Assembly: GCF_963921235.1 (NCBI RefSeq)
Contig: NC_086118.1
Coordinates: forward strand, 25,856,001-25,920,000
Length of the DNA: 64,000 bases
Direction of reading: 5' to 3'
Source of the DNA: Mobula hypostoma
Taxonomy: Eukaryota
Below are positions 62,360-64,000 of this stretch, one piece after another. Made by a program: the position numbers and the translations under genes. Positions within the stretch are counted from its first letter, which is position 1, and each line of letters opens with the position of its first letter. Under the pieces are notes generated by a model. It saw only the letters and a list, made by a program, of their open reading frames with translations, was not told the DNA's origin and did not search any database.

Positions 62360-63400
62360 ATTCTGACATGGAGATGTACAGCCTTTCAGCCCACCTGTCT
62401 GTATTGACCAAGGTGCCTTCCCGTGGTAGTCCCATTTTCCTGCATTTGGCCTATTTGCTATCGGTAATACCTGTCCAAATGCCTTAACATTGCAATCATA
62501 CCCACCTCCATCACCTCCTCTGGCAGCTTGTGACATATACCCACCAGCTTCTGTGTCAAAACATTGTCTCTCAGACTTATATTAAACCGTTAACCCTCTC
62601 ACTATAAACCTATGCCTTCTAGTTTTAGACTTCGCTATCCTATGACTTTTTTTTTGTGTACCATACTCTGCCAGAGCCTCGGCGACCACTTTTCAAGTGG
62701 TTGTCTTGAAGGAAAGATTCTGTGAGTGGTCCCCCACATCCTTCTCACAGCGCAGTCTTTTTTTTTTACGAGGCCGAGTTGGAAGCTCGACACTCAACCC
62801 GGCACGGATGGAAAGCGTGCCCGGGGGTGGCCCGAATGGGTTCGAACTCGGGAACCTTCGCTCCAGAGTCCGGCGCTGATGTCATTGCGCCACCAGCCGG
62901 CCTATCCTATGACTATCCGCCATAATGTGATGCCCCAACTTATATGCAAAATTCTTTGTCAATGAAAGTGAACATGCTAGTTGCCTTCTTCACATCTATA
63001 TTTACCCTATTCTCATCAAGTCACTTCATCACCTCTTCAAAAGTTTCAATTAAATTTGTAAGACACAAATTCCCTCACAGTTGACTATCTCTATACAATC
63101 CTTGCCTTTCCAAATGAAGACAGACTGTTCTCTTAGACTCTTCTCTAATAACTTTCCTACTATTGATGTTCAGTTCACTGGGCCTATAGCTCTCTGGCTT
63201 GTCCTTGCAGCCCTTCCTCAACAAAGACAAAAATTAGCTACTTTCTAGACTTCCAGTACCTTACCCATGGCTATGGAAGACACAAAAATCTCTGCCAGGG
63301 CTCTAGCCTTGCTTCCCACAAGGATTAACATGGCCAGGCCCCAGTGATTTAAACACCTTTATGCACTTCAAGACTGCCAATATTTCCTCTTTTGTGATAT
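62360..63400 (-). mobile_element. Degraded CR1 fragments interrupted by a SINE
   Basis: Minus strand EEILAVLKCIKVFKSLGP (ORF 63303-63485) and a CR1-like tail near 62360-62470. Confidence 0.6.
62648..62901 (-). mobile_element. Young tRNA-derived SINE with A-tail
   Basis: Minus strand has an A box TGGCGCAATGA, a B box GAGTTCGAACCC, an internal A-run and a terminal A-run; 13-bp TSD CTATCCTATGACT at 62635-62647 and 62902-62914. Confidence 0.9.
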
Positions 63401-63732
63401 CAGTCTCTGTCTTTGGAACCTGCATCTTCCTAACCCTGTAATCAACATAACACTTAGACCCTAGGATTAACCCTAATAAATGCAAACAATTATTAATCCA
63501 AGTTCAATCATTTCACCAATTATTTTATCAGTATTCTTCATATTATAATATTAATTTGGGAGATTAGATGTAGAAATTGGTGGTGAATACACAAGTAACC
63601 AAGGACAAACATCTATCCTATCATCTTCACTATAAATAAGTAAAACAACTTCATTTGATAATTTCAATTTGCTTCTTAAATAGGACAGCAGCTCATGCTT
63701 ACACAATGACAAAAGGATATGTTGCCTCTTAC

Positions 63733-63803
63733 CTTTTTGTACGTAACTGTAATTTGTCCACCTATTCCTTCTGATAGTGCCCTCCTTCTCACCAGTGTGG
63801 ATT
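63733..63803 (-). CDS. PIK3R6: PIK3R6 internal coding exon (71 nt); the gene continues beyond the window
   Basis: TTTCCTTGCAG|...AAG|GTAAGA. Reads STLVRRRALSEGIGGQITVTYKK, versus recalled human FSPRRRGVAEGPGAELSLCYQK. Phase 1 to 0. Confidence 0.88.
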
Positions 63804-64000
63804 CTGCAAGGAAATAGCGAAATGTTTCTCATTATCAGTATATGAAACTGAAATGTCAATGAAATGGTGGATTTAAACTAAGGAACGCTGCCTTCACGAA
63901 AACACATCAGCAAACCTAACTTTATATTTTCTTACAATGTACATTGTACTGAAATGTCACTTTCAACTTTCACAATTGTAACATTTGATTTATCCCTCTT

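Overview
Repeat-rich vertebrate genomic DNA; the repeat repertoire suggests a cartilaginous fish such as a ray (inference). Two host genes lie on the minus strand. MFSD6L has a single-exon CDS at 35232-37142, with an inferred 5'UTR intron and a CpG-rich promoter near 38.0-38.5 kb. The last five coding exons of PIK3R6 (63733-63803, 59876-59966, 57769-57839, 46976-47094, 43906-44059) were found by hand and splice in frame; the gene order matches human MFSD6L-PIK3R6. Nearly all other listed ORFs are transposon debris or chance: CR1 and Rex1/Babar-type LINEs, a HERO-type non-LTR fragment, RTE-derived and tRNA-derived SINEs, three solo LTRs, hAT, Harbinger and pogo-like DNA elements, and many Penelope-like elements (PLEs). 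The most notable signal is the PLE terminal repeat, present in more than ten copies, which carries a minimal type I hammerhead ribozyme. One copy (1780-1815) has an intact core, a CUGC(C/U)GA core variant recurs, and two short fold-back elements made only of termini sit between 14-16 bp target-site duplications in PIK3R6 introns. Repeat boundaries without stated TSDs are approximate. All family assignments are from recalled motifs, not database searches.
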